Below, piece by piece: positions 1-9,059 of a stretch of DNA of 39,053 nucleotides (position 1 is the stretch's first letter; every line of letters starts with the position of its first letter). The notes under the pieces were generated by a model, which was not told where the DNA came from, searched no databases, and saw only the letters and a list, made by a program, of their open reading frames with translations. Position numbers and translations under genes: made by a program. The stretch spans positions 1 through 39,053 of the forward strand of contig CAYOPA010000003.1 in NCBI GenBank assembly GCA_964405625.1. Direction: 5' to 3'. The stretch comes from an uncultured Bryobacterales bacterium. GTDB taxonomy: Bacteria; Acidobacteriota; Terriglobia; Bryobacterales; UBA6623.

Positions 1-907
1 AGGGCGTTACGATCAGCGTCGCCTCGCCCAGCTTGCGGGCCAGATCGGCCGCGGCCAGACCGACCGCTTCGTGTTGGCCGCAGTTGTCCGGCGCCAGGAT
101 CAGCCGGTTGCGCTCCACGCCGGGCGCGACGGCCCTGGCTTTGGTCAGGTCATGGACCGCCTCCAGCACAGCCTCGGAGACGCCGTGCGAGCCCTTGGCT
201 GCGATGCGCTCGCGCCATTCGGTTACAAAGCGATCCGGTTGCGGCTGGCGCCGGCCGGCGGCGGAAGCTTGACGCGAGAACAGCTCCGTGAGCCCGATCC
301 CGCCGCGGCGCATCGACTCGGGCCAGTCCGGGCGAGTCGCCGCCTCGGCTGATGCGGCCGGCGCGGCCTCGGCGACGGCGGCGGTCCGGCGCGGACGGCT
401 CCAACCTACCCGCAGCAAGGTCAGCGAAAGCAGGGCGGCCGTTGACCAATGCGCCGCCGGGTATGACGAAGCAGTGTCTCCCAAGCGCGACCAAGCGGCC
501 GCCAACAGGACCAACAACGGCAGCGAGCAGAGCATGACCCAGCGCCGGTTGTCGGTTTCGTAGCCGATCGATCCCGCCAACCAACGCCCGCGATCGGCCG
601 CGGTCTTCGTCGCTAGGCCGATCATCAACAGGCCCCCCCATGCCAGCAAGGGAAGAAACAGCCACACCTCCTGGCGGTCCATCCACGGAATCCGCGGCGC
701 CACCCCGGGATAGCCCGCCGCGAAGGCGTAGAGGAGCAGCAGCGGGACGCCGATCGCAGCGACGGTCCAGGCGGCGACGCGGCTCCAGTAGGTCCCCGTG
801 TCGCCCAGCTCGGCGCGGCCGCGGGCGCCCAGGTCCGCCAGCAAGGTCAGCAAGAAGCCGACCAGCAGAACCACAAGCGGCAACAAGCCGTTGAGCTCGA
901 AGCTCAT
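1..907 (-). CDS. Partial CDS (runs off the left edge): N-terminal multi-TM region followed by a degenerate SF2/DEAD-box-helicase-like P-loop region
   Basis: Translated by hand; not in the ORF track. ATG at 907 overlaps the upstream TGA (ATGA) and follows GAGGGGAGGAG (SD). Open for 302 codons to the edge: MSFELNGLLPLVVLLVGFLLTLLADLG... with about 4-5 hydrophobic segments, ending NRLILAPDNCGQHEAVGLAAADLARKLGEATLIVTP. Confidence 0.8.
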   Translation of the reverse strand, partial: MSFELNGLLPLVVLLVGFLLTLLADLGARGRAELGDTGTYWSRVAAWTVAAIGVPLLLLYAFAAGYPGVAPRIPWMDRQEVWLFLPLLAWGGLLMIGLATKTAADRGRWLAGSIGYETDNRRWVMLCSLPLLVLLAAAWSRLGDTASSYPAAHWSTAALLSLTLLRVGWSRPRRTAAVAEAAPAASAEAATRPDWPESMRRGGIGLTELFSRQASAAGRRQPQPDRFVTEWRERIAAKGSHGVSEAVLEAVHDLTKARAVAPGVERNRLILAPDNCGQHEAVGLAAADLARKLGEATLIVTP

Positions 908-3306
908 CGCTCCTCCCCTCGCTTGAGCAGCTCGGTCGGCACGCCAAGCTGCATCTCCAGGAAGTAGGCCCGCTCCCCGCTCTCTCCGCCCGCGGGCCGC
1001 TGGTAGCCGGCTTCGCTCAGGTCATTGGCCACGCCCTCCAGGTTCAGCCACGTCATGGGGAATATGCTCGATCGCGTGACGGCCGACTCTGTTGGCGCCT
1101 GCAACAGAAAGAACGCCAGCGGCGGCTTGGAACAGAGCTTGATGGCCGCGCCCAGCGCGTCGGCGCGCTCGCGCTCGCTCACTGAAGGGCCTTCGCCCGA
1201 GCCGGTCTGAATCGGGTCGCGATAGTCGGCGCTGAGCTTGTCCAAGAAGACCAACGGGCGCAGAAACTCCTCGCAGTATCGCTCCGACCAGCTTCCAAAG
1301 AGATCCAGCTTGGTCTGCCGCTCGCCGAAGTGGGTCGGCTCGGCGGTGCGCTGGCTGAAGACGGCCGCGAGATCCTCGTTGCGCTCCAGTTGGCGCAGCG
1401 CGGAGTGTCCGCGGCGGCGGCCGTCGAACTGGGGGCGCGGTCGGCTCGAGTCCACGCCGTTCATGTCGAGAAAGCTGCCGAGCTGGTCGATCAGCCAGTC
1501 GATCTCGCGGGCACGGCGGCTGAGCAGATCTTTCACGCGCAGCAGCTCGCCGAGCACGTCGCCCAGCACCCGCATCCGCAGCGAGGCCGCGACGCTTTCG
1601 GCATGGGCTCGGAGCTCTTGCTGAACGGCCGCCGAGCGAGTGGCCGTCCGAACGCAGTCCGTCAAGCGCCCCCGCTGGGCGTGGCGGGAAAAGTCGTCGG
1701 CTCGGCGCGAGCGCTTCTCGATCGAGCGCTGGAATACCTGCCGCCCGAGCTGCCAGCCCAGCAGCCAGAAGGCGGCCAGCATGGCGATCGGCGTCAACCG
1801 CTGCGCCCAGCCCTCCAGCTCCACGAATTCGCTCAGCGCGTCCGTCGCGAACGGCGCGGCGGCCAGTGCGAAGACGACGCCAAGCAGCGGCCACCAAACA
1901 TCGGCGAGCCGTTCCGTGCGCACGCGCCCTGCTTGGAACGTTTGGTATTGTTGATGCCGCTCGATGACGGCTTCAAACGGGTCGGCCTCTTCACCGGAGA
2001 CCGCCGAGTTGTCCGGGGGAGGCTCGTAGCGCAGCCGCGGCTCGAAGCGCTCGATCTGGTCGAGCAACTGACCGATGGTCAGCGGATCGCGGACAGCGTC
2101 GAGCTCGCGCAGCACCGCGCCCTCAAGCCGTTCGCGCAGGCCGGCCAGGCGCTGCTCGGCGATGACGCGGGATTCCCGTCCGGCTTCCTGCGAAATCTGG
2201 TCCTTGAGCGCCCAAACCGACCGCCGCCAGCCTTCGGCGACCTGCCGGGGCCAGTCGGGCGCGGCGGGGTCCAGCTTCAGGAGCTTGGTCTCGATCTCGT
2301 CGATCCCCTTTTCGCGCAAGGCGTCGATGCTGTCCAAACCGAGTGTCTGCTCGAGCTGCTCAGGCAGGTAGTCGTGGAGAATCTCGGCCAGCGGCTCGCG
2401 CCGGGCGGTCTCGCCCCGCTTGATGAGGTAGTCCAGAAAGAGCCGCGAATACGTGGCGGCGCTGAGGCGCGCGATCAGCCCGAAGCTGAGCTGGATGCCG
2501 CGAATGCCGACCAGGGCCGCCGCCGGCGCGCCGTCGTCGTCGCGCTGGTAGAGCCGCTCATTATCCCCTTGCCGCTGGCCTTCAAAGAGCAGGAACTCCA
2601 GGAATAGTGCGGTTTCGTCGATACGGGCGTCGCGGTCGCGATGGCCGCCGCGAGTCTCGCTGTCAAACAGGTAGACGCGGCCGAAGTTGGGTTGGCGGCG
2701 CTCGGCGGCCTGCTGGTTGCGTTCGAAGGCGTGCGCCACGGCGTCGCGGATGCGGTTGTGCTCCGCCGAAGTGCGCCAGTAGTCGTCAAAATCGAGGATC
2801 TGGAGAAAGTTGAGCTGGTCGGCGCCTTGTTTGACGCGCGTGAGGGCGAGCCCCTGCGAGAGCTCGCGCAGCATCGGCTCGACCACTTCTTGCAGCTTGC
2901 CGACAGCCTCGGCCCGGCTGGGGTGTGCCAGCACAATCACGTCCAGACCCTGGCTGCGGTCGGCGGCGCCGTGCGCGTCGGCGGCGTGCAGGCGGCGTTT
3001 CGCTTCGCCGGCGGCCCGCGCCAAGCTTTCGCCCACGCCGTAAGGGCCGGGCTCGACCTCCTCGATCTGACGAAACAGATCGACCATCACCTCCGGCGTA
3101 CGCTCCTTGCCGCTGCGGGGGTCGAGCGGGTCGGCGGCCCACAGCAATGCCAGCCCGCGCAGTCGGCGGCGTTGCAGGGAAGCCGGATCGTCGCGTTCTT
3201 CCCACTCCAGCGAGCCGCGCGCGGCGGCGCTGCGCAGCAACCGCTCGAGCACGGTGCGGCCATAGTCCCCGTAGCCGACGAGGATGGTGGGATGCAGGCG
3301 CTTCAT
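904..3306 (-). CDS. Divergent, probably GTPase-inactive tubulin/FtsZ-like protein with an internal TM hairpin (800 aa)
   Basis: N-terminal ILVGYGDYGRTVLERL matches the tubulin-like GxGxxG loop. Segments are collinear with the adjacent tubulin-like gene, but the GGTGSG signature is replaced by LAHPSRAEAVG. Two hydrophobic helices: WWPLLGVVFALAAAPFA and LTPIAMLAAFWLLGWQLG. Confidence 0.7.
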   Translation of the reverse strand: MKRLHPTILVGYGDYGRTVLERLLRSAAARGSLEWEERDDPASLQRRRLRGLALLWAADPLDPRSGKERTPEVMVDLFRQIEEVEPGPYGVGESLARAAGEAKRRLHAADAHGAADRSQGLDVIVLAHPSRAEAVGKLQEVVEPMLRELSQGLALTRVKQGADQLNFLQILDFDDYWRTSAEHNRIRDAVAHAFERNQQAAERRQPNFGRVYLFDSETRGGHRDRDARIDETALFLEFLLFEGQRQGDNERLYQRDDDGAPAAALVGIRGIQLSFGLIARLSAATYSRLFLDYLIKRGETARREPLAEILHDYLPEQLEQTLGLDSIDALREKGIDEIETKLLKLDPAAPDWPRQVAEGWRRSVWALKDQISQEAGRESRVIAEQRLAGLRERLEGAVLRELDAVRDPLTIGQLLDQIERFEPRLRYEPPPDNSAVSGEEADPFEAVIERHQQYQTFQAGRVRTERLADVWWPLLGVVFALAAAPFATDALSEFVELEGWAQRLTPIAMLAAFWLLGWQLGRQVFQRSIEKRSRRADDFSRHAQRGRLTDCVRTATRSAAVQQELRAHAESVAASLRMRVLGDVLGELLRVKDLLSRRAREIDWLIDQLGSFLDMNGVDSSRPRPQFDGRRRGHSALRQLERNEDLAAVFSQRTAEPTHFGERQTKLDLFGSWSERYCEEFLRPLVFLDKLSADYRDPIQTGSGEGPSVSERERADALGAAIKLCSKPPLAFFLLQAPTESAVTRSSIFPMTWLNLEGVANDLSEAGYQRPAGGESGERAYFLEMQLGVPTELLKRGEER

Positions 3307-3325
3307 CGCCGTCGGCCTCGCGGCG

Positions 3326-6300
3326 TTACCCGGCCGCGTCCTTGTCCGGCGGCGGGTCGAAGCTCAATTCGCTCTCGCGCAACAGCGATCCGGATGCAGC
3401 GGAGCCTTGCGTCAGCGGCCGTCCGCTCTTGGCGTCGAGCAGGTCGTCCACAATCGACTGAATCACCCGCAGCACCGGCTGATCGAGCTCCTCCTGGCGC
3501 GAGTTCTCGCCGCGGCGGGCGGCCATGGCGATATCTTCGATCAACTTGCCCGCCCAGGAGCGCAGGGTCTCGGCGCGGCGGCGGAGCTCGTCGGGTCCGT
3601 AGGACTCCTTGGCGGAGTCGACCATTGTTTTGAAACGCGGCCCCAGGTCCTGGTCCAGGTGGTACTCGCCCAGCGTGTAGAGCGCCGCGGCCAGGTTCTC
3701 GCCCAGCGGCTCGCTGTCCTCGGCGTTGCGGCGCCAGAACAGTCCCTCGCGCGTCTTGACGATTACTTGCGTCAACAGGCCATCGACCAACCGGTCCAAC
3801 GCCCACGAGGCGCTCAGCTCGCCCTTGCGCGGGTTGAGGTTCGGCAGCGCCTTCTCCCAGTGGTAGTCGGTGTGCAGATGGTACGCGCGGCGCTCGTTGG
3901 CGGCCACCCGCTCGTAGGCGTTCTCAATGTCGCCCACCACGGCGGCGAAGTAGTACAGCGGGATCGGCAGCTCCATGTCGTGCACGATCGCCAGGTGCGG
4001 GCTTGACCAGCCCGAGTGCTGCGGCTCGCGCCCGCCGCGCTCCAGAATGCGGCGCAAACGGGAGTCGAAGTCCGGCGACACGGAGTCCTTCTTGATGACG
4101 TAGTGCCGCGTCTGCGCCACCTTCACGCCGTCGTCGAGCGTGTCGAGCTCTTCCGAACGCAGCCGCGCCGTCACCCCCGCGAGCTGCGAGAAGGCGACCA
4201 GCTTGCGGTCTACATAGTGGTCGATCTCCGCCTTGCTCGGGGGCTCGCCGGCGCGGCCGGGGGTCAGCAGGCGCGCTTCCAGCTCCAGGCCGGTCTCGAT
4301 ATTGAGCGCCTTGACGTCGTCGTCGCCGTAGATGGTGCGCCGCAGCCGGTCGCGGCCCAGCTTGAGCAGGGCTTGGCGCAGGTCGGTGACGGCCTGGCGC
4401 TCGGATTTCTCGACAAAGCGGCCGCTGCCGGGGTCGCGGACGGGCTTGAGCTCGGCGGCAATGGATTGCGAGAGCACGTTGCGGTCATACGTGGTCATGT
4501 CGCGCCCGCCGTCCACGAACAGCGCGCGGTAGACCTCGGGCCAGATGCGGCGCCGGGGCTTGTCGAGCGTCTCAAAGACCTCCACAGTTAGCGCCATGCG
4601 GGCGATGATCGGATTCGCGCCGCGCCGCAGGGACTCGGCCTCGGTCTCCATGTCCTGCACGAGGTCGTTCATGCGGGTGGCCAGCCGGGCGTAGAGGTGG
4701 CCGCGCTTCTGCATGTAGTCGAGCAGCTCGCGGTACTGCGACTGCTCCAGCTTGGCGTCGAAGTAGCGCTTTTGGGCTTGGGCTACCGTCTGGAAGTTCC
4801 GCTGCGCCTCGTCGCGAGTGCGCATGAAGGTTTCTTCGTCGTGCCGGAACCCCCACTTCTTGGCTTCGGCGGCCTGTTGCAGGTTTTCCAGGAACTCGCG
4901 CTCCAACCGCTCCTTGACCTTGGGGTTTTCGAGGCTGCCTTTCTCGGCTTTCTCGAAACGCTCCTTGATCTCCGGCATGATCTCGCGCTCGCACAGGTCC
5001 AGCAGGCGCAACACCAGATAGCGCTCTTGCATCGGGTCGAGCTTGAGGTCGCGAATCACATCGCCTTCGGCGGCTGAGTTGCGGACCTGCTCCAGGCCCT
5101 CGTCGACGACGACGGCGCCCTTGCGGATGTCCTCCACCAGCCCGTTGACCTGCTGGAGGTACTGGTTGACGCCCTCGCGGTGGAAGACGAACACGCGCTG
5201 CTTGATCGAAACCCTGTTCAGGATCGGCTCGCGCTGCTTGGCCAGCTCGGCGCGGACCTTTTGCACCAGCGTCTCGGCGCGGCGGGCCTCGCCGTTTTCG
5301 TCCACGCCGCCGGTTTTGCGGCCCAGGTCCACGTCCTCCACCAGCCGCTGCCAGTAGCCGTTGGTGATCTCGTCGCGCTCGTCCTGCTGCGCCATCGCCT
5401 GGACGGAGAGCACGAAGGCCTTGTTGATCTCGCGGTAGCGGTCCTCCTCCGCCATGTTGCGGAATTTTGGGTCTTCGTAGTTGACCTGCAAGCGCTCCAG
5501 GGCGCGGGCGCGGTCATCGGCGGCGTCCGGGCTGACACCGAAGGTGATCTGCCGACGCAGGGCTTCCGCCGCGAAGCGCAGCGCTGAGTACTCGTGCAAA
5601 TCCTCGGCCGGCAGCACCAGCGTCGCCAGCCCGAACGCGCCGAAGTTCTTGGCATAGCCGCGGCCGACATTCTTGAGGTCGCCGGGAAAACGGGTCAGTT
5701 CGGTGAGGTGCTTTTCGTAGTTGTCCGCCTCGCTGAGGATGCGCCCGATGATGGGCGTAAAGGCTTGCCAGAAGGTCGCGTCGGCCGCTACCGCCACGAT
5801 ATCGCCGACGGCCATTTGCGGCGGCAGATCGTAGATCGACGAGTAGTAAAACGGGGCGGTCTTCACGCGCGGCGGCTCGGCGCTGGACTGGTTGTTCCAG
5901 TAGACGAAGGTTTCGCCGTTGGGCAGATCCTTCTGCACGTCCGGGTACTGGATTTTGGTCAGGTGCTCGAGTTCCTTGAGCGCGGCGTAGGTGTTGGCGT
6001 GGATGTCTTGGTGCAAGTCCGGGGCGACCTTGTTGAGCAGCGTGGTGGAGAGCAGGAAGTTGCCGATCACGCGCGGCCGCCAGTGCAGGCTGCGGATCAC
6101 GTCCTGCAAAAGGTAGGCCGCGCACAGAAAGCAGCCCGAGCCGGTGCCGCCGGCCAGGGTGGCGTACACGTAGACGTAGATGGTGGGCGGGTCGGCGAGG
6201 CGGAACGTGTTGTCGGCCTCCAGCAAGTGGCGCAGCACCTGTGCGAACCGCTCGCGAATCTGCGGGCTGGAGTAGTGAAAGCCCAGCCGCGATTCCACCC

Positions 6301-6652
6301 GAATCTGGCCTGCGCCGAAGCCGCCGCCGGGTCGCGGCCGGTAAGCCTTATCCAGCCACTGCAGGGCCTGCTGGTCGCCGGATTTGCGGTAGTTTTCCAC
6401 CGCTTGATGCTTATCAAAAGCGCCGATGGTGATCTTGTTGCCGCGCGGAACATGTTCCAGCATGTTCTGGTCGTTGATGTCGGTGTCGATGGAAACGAAG
6501 GCGGTCAGGGGCCGCAACGCTTCGTCCCAATGGGGCAACTGCTTGGCCCGCGCGGCCATGCGATCGACGATTCTTGAGCCCGCGCCGCCGAGACCCACGA
6601 ACATGCGCGGCGGCACTTTTCCCTGCAAGCTCAGAATCGATTCATCCGCCAT
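3326..6652 (-). CDS. Tubulin-like domain protein (Tubulin_2 / FtsZl1-type GTPase) with long helical/coiled-coil C-terminal region (1108 aa)
   Basis: FVGLGGAGSRIV, GAGQIRVESRLGF, YATLAGGTGSG (tubulin signature, nt about 6134-6154), ANTYAALKELEH; SD GAGGAG upstream of the ATG. Confidence 0.92.
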   Translation of the reverse strand: MADESILSLQGKVPPRMFVGLGGAGSRIVDRMAARAKQLPHWDEALRPLTAFVSIDTDINDQNMLEHVPRGNKITIGAFDKHQAVENYRKSGDQQALQWLDKAYRPRPGGGFGAGQIRVESRLGFHYSSPQIRERFAQVLRHLLEADNTFRLADPPTIYVYVYATLAGGTGSGCFLCAAYLLQDVIRSLHWRPRVIGNFLLSTTLLNKVAPDLHQDIHANTYAALKELEHLTKIQYPDVQKDLPNGETFVYWNNQSSAEPPRVKTAPFYYSSIYDLPPQMAVGDIVAVAADATFWQAFTPIIGRILSEADNYEKHLTELTRFPGDLKNVGRGYAKNFGAFGLATLVLPAEDLHEYSALRFAAEALRRQITFGVSPDAADDRARALERLQVNYEDPKFRNMAEEDRYREINKAFVLSVQAMAQQDERDEITNGYWQRLVEDVDLGRKTGGVDENGEARRAETLVQKVRAELAKQREPILNRVSIKQRVFVFHREGVNQYLQQVNGLVEDIRKGAVVVDEGLEQVRNSAAEGDVIRDLKLDPMQERYLVLRLLDLCEREIMPEIKERFEKAEKGSLENPKVKERLEREFLENLQQAAEAKKWGFRHDEETFMRTRDEAQRNFQTVAQAQKRYFDAKLEQSQYRELLDYMQKRGHLYARLATRMNDLVQDMETEAESLRRGANPIIARMALTVEVFETLDKPRRRIWPEVYRALFVDGGRDMTTYDRNVLSQSIAAELKPVRDPGSGRFVEKSERQAVTDLRQALLKLGRDRLRRTIYGDDDVKALNIETGLELEARLLTPGRAGEPPSKAEIDHYVDRKLVAFSQLAGVTARLRSEELDTLDDGVKVAQTRHYVIKKDSVSPDFDSRLRRILERGGREPQHSGWSSPHLAIVHDMELPIPLYYFAAVVGDIENAYERVAANERRAYHLHTDYHWEKALPNLNPRKGELSASWALDRLVDGLLTQVIVKTREGLFWRRNAEDSEPLGENLAAALYTLGEYHLDQDLGPRFKTMVDSAKESYGPDELRRRAETLRSWAGKLIEDIAMAARRGENSRQEELDQPVLRVIQSIVDDLLDAKSGRPLTQGSAASGSLLRESELSFDPPPDKDAAG

Positions 6653-6747
6653 GGCCGTCTCCTCGTCGAAAAGTCGCCGTCAAAATCACCGCAACCGCCC
6701 GCCGTGCATTGCGCCGGGCTGTTGTTGAGGCATCGAACGCACCTATC

Positions 6748-9057
6748 TTATCCGGATCGCAATTCGAAATACAGGCTGCGGTCCACGGTGCGAAAGACGA
6801 TCCCGGTGGAGACGGGCGTCTCGCGGTCAGCTAGCGGCTCCCAGGTTCCGTCCACGGCCTGCCGCTCCAATGCGCCCGGCGTCTCCTCGCGCATCTGCAG
6901 GCGGGCGCCGTCGGCGCGCAGCCGGGCCAGAGCCCCTTTGCGCTTGCCGCTGAGCCGGAAGTCGGACTGCACATAGATTCGCGCGTCCCGATAGAAGCCC
7001 GCGCTCGCTCCCGAAGCCCGGCGGATCTCATAGAACACGCCCTCGTTGAGATCCTCCTCCGGCGAGAACTGCACGCCCAGCCTCGAGGGAAATCGCGACG
7101 GTGAGATGAAGCCGTAGGCGATGATTCCGCCCATCAGGATCGACGCCAATCCCGCCAGCCACTGCCAGTAGCACTCCAGCCATGGGTCGGGAATGATCTC
7201 GACTGAGAGCGTCGCCGAAGAGCGCAGCACGGAGCCGTCCACGCGGCGCGCCTCCAGGGTGATTTCGTGCTGCTCGTCGAAGCTGCACGCCGACGGGCAC
7301 TCGTTGGTCAGGATCTGGATGCGGTACCCATGAGGGCCGCCGGGTTGCAGGGTCAGCTCGACCGGATCGCGGCCAAGCTGCCGCCACTGGCCGTTGCTTT
7401 CGATCTCGACGCGCGCCCGCGAGCGGTCAAAATCGGTGGTCACGAAGACGTTGGTGGGCACGGACAGACGCACGCCGGGCAGGTCGAGGCGGCCGTCCAC
7501 GGCGCTGGAACTGCTCACCGGCCCCAGCTTAACGGGCGCCGGACGCGGGCCGAAGTCGAAATCGTCGAGTGCCGCGCCCGGCGGCGGAGGCGGGGGCGGT
7601 GCGGGAGGCGCCGGCGCGACGGGTTCGCTTGGCGCGGGCTGAACGGGAGGCGCGGGCGCCGGTGAAGGAGCGGGCGTCGGCCGGGTGGTCGGCGCCGGCT
7701 CGGGCGCAGGCGCCGGAGTTGGCTCGGGCGTGGGCGCGGGCGTCGGGGCCGGCGGAGGCGGGGGAGGGGGCGGCGCGTCGCTGACGTCCACCGTCAGATT
7801 CACCGTTCGATCGATGTCGCCGCTGCGCAGCCGCGCTTCCACCTGTTGGCGTCCGGAGCCGGAAAAATTCACCCGCGCCGAGTAGCGGCCGTCGGCGTCA
7901 CGTCTGAAATCGACCGGCGCGCCGTTGATTTTCGTATCCATCCGCAGGCTCGACAGGATGCGTGGGTCGGTAATGGCCGCGCCGGTGCGCTCGTCGTAGG
8001 CCTCAATGGTCAGGGTCGATTCCTGGCCGGTGGGGGCCGTGGTCGTCAGCATCCGCAGGCCGATGGAGCGCTCTTGAATCAGAATCCAGCCGCCGCCGGC
8101 GCGCGAGCCCGTGCGGAACGTCCAGGTTCCGGGGCGCGGGTTCTTGAAATGCACAATGCGGTAGCCGCGGTTGACGCCGTCGACCCCGACGGTGCTGCCG
8201 CCCCCGCGGTAGTTGAGGTCGAGCTCATCAGCGCCGGGGTTGCCGCCGCCTTGCTGAAGAGCGGGCAACGGACCGTCGGCTGCGACCACCAGATAGGCCT
8301 CCTTCACCATGTCGTCCATCTGGATGACCACGTCGCCGCGAATGGGGCCGCTCTTGACGTTCTGCGCGCCCAGGAACCGCTGGTAGACCTCGCCGACAGC
8401 CTTAGCCAAGTCAAATGCGCTGCGGGCCGCCGTGGCGTAAGCGTACGGCGGGTCGCCACGAAACGAGCCCGCATCCGTGCCCAGATTGATGGCCGCGATC
8501 ATCGCGCCCGAGCCGCGCAACTGGTTGAGCTCCCGCAGCAAAGGCGCTTCGCACTCGCCGAGCCCCCCGGCGTCGGCGACGATCAGCAGCAGCCGCGGCC
8601 CGGAATTGCCCAGAAACTGAAACGCAGTGTGGAGCTGGCGCGCGAAGTGGGTGTAATTGTTGTAGATCAGAAAATCCGTGAGCTGCCGCTTGAAGCTTTC
8701 CCGAGGGCCCCGCAGCTCCAGCATGAGCGAGGAGTCGGCCGGGGCGGAGCAATCTTCGTGGAATGGTCGGGCGATTCCGCCGCCCAGCAGCACTTGCAGC
8801 GCCGGCGGGATGGACGAGCGCTGCGCCGCGTCCCGCGCCTCGGCCGCCTGGCGTTCGTTCATCATGCGGAAGACCGCGTAGCGGTCGCCGTCCTCGACAA
8901 TGTCGCCGATGATCTTGGAGAGCTGCTCGGCGTAGTCCTGCGGATCGTACTCCTTCATGGAGATGGAGGTGTCCACCACAACGGCGATTTTGCGTTGGGC
9001 GGGGGCGGCGACGGCTGTCAGCAGCGCGACGAGGGTGATGAATAGCAGTTGCCGCAC
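6748..9057 (-). CDS. vWA-domain single-pass membrane protein, copy 4, with Pro-rich linker (769 aa)
   Basis: GTG start 2 nt after the upstream stop; signal peptide; VVVDTSISM MIDAS; NPRPGTW beta-sandwich motif; Pro/Ala/Thr linker; TM WQWLAGLASILMGGIIAYGF; about 120-aa cytoplasmic tail shared with paralogues. Confidence 0.88.
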   Translation of the reverse strand: MRQLLFITLVALLTAVAAPAQRKIAVVVDTSISMKEYDPQDYAEQLSKIIGDIVEDGDRYAVFRMMNERQAAEARDAAQRSSIPPALQVLLGGGIARPFHEDCSAPADSSLMLELRGPRESFKRQLTDFLIYNNYTHFARQLHTAFQFLGNSGPRLLLIVADAGGLGECEAPLLRELNQLRGSGAMIAAINLGTDAGSFRGDPPYAYATAARSAFDLAKAVGEVYQRFLGAQNVKSGPIRGDVVIQMDDMVKEAYLVVAADGPLPALQQGGGNPGADELDLNYRGGGSTVGVDGVNRGYRIVHFKNPRPGTWTFRTGSRAGGGWILIQERSIGLRMLTTTAPTGQESTLTIEAYDERTGAAITDPRILSSLRMDTKINGAPVDFRRDADGRYSARVNFSGSGRQQVEARLRSGDIDRTVNLTVDVSDAPPPPPPPPAPTPAPTPEPTPAPAPEPAPTTRPTPAPSPAPAPPVQPAPSEPVAPAPPAPPPPPPPGAALDDFDFGPRPAPVKLGPVSSSSAVDGRLDLPGVRLSVPTNVFVTTDFDRSRARVEIESNGQWRQLGRDPVELTLQPGGPHGYRIQILTNECPSACSFDEQHEITLEARRVDGSVLRSSATLSVEIIPDPWLECYWQWLAGLASILMGGIIAYGFISPSRFPSRLGVQFSPEEDLNEGVFYEIRRASGASAGFYRDARIYVQSDFRLSGKRKGALARLRADGARLQMREETPGALERQAVDGTWEPLADRETPVSTGIVFRTVDRSLYFELRSG
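7579..7775 (-). repeat. Low-complexity Pro-rich linker (PPPPPPPPAPTPAPTPEPTPAPAPEP...PPPPPPP) within vWA copy 4
   Basis: Read directly from the translation; about 65 aa of P/A/T/E repeats. Confidence 0.9.
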
Positions 9058-9059
9058 TG

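Noticed and set aside
150-947. 265-aa minus-strand ORF in the track
   Set aside because: Arg/Gly-rich off-frame shadow. The frame starting at ATG 907 has an SD, stop-start coupling and a sensible membrane-protein sequence.
3326-6652. Calling this gene ftsZ or a phage/plasmid tubZ
   Set aside because: 1108 aa, Tubulin_2-type motifs, no dcw cluster, and no tubR or phage genes nearby.
7110-7200. IPDP + TM in vWA copy 4 (and terminal VPE of the OPX) as PEP-CTERM sorting signals
   Set aside because: The vWA TM is followed by a 120-aa domain rather than a short basic tail, and the motif is not kept in paralogues; the OPX VPE has no TM after it.
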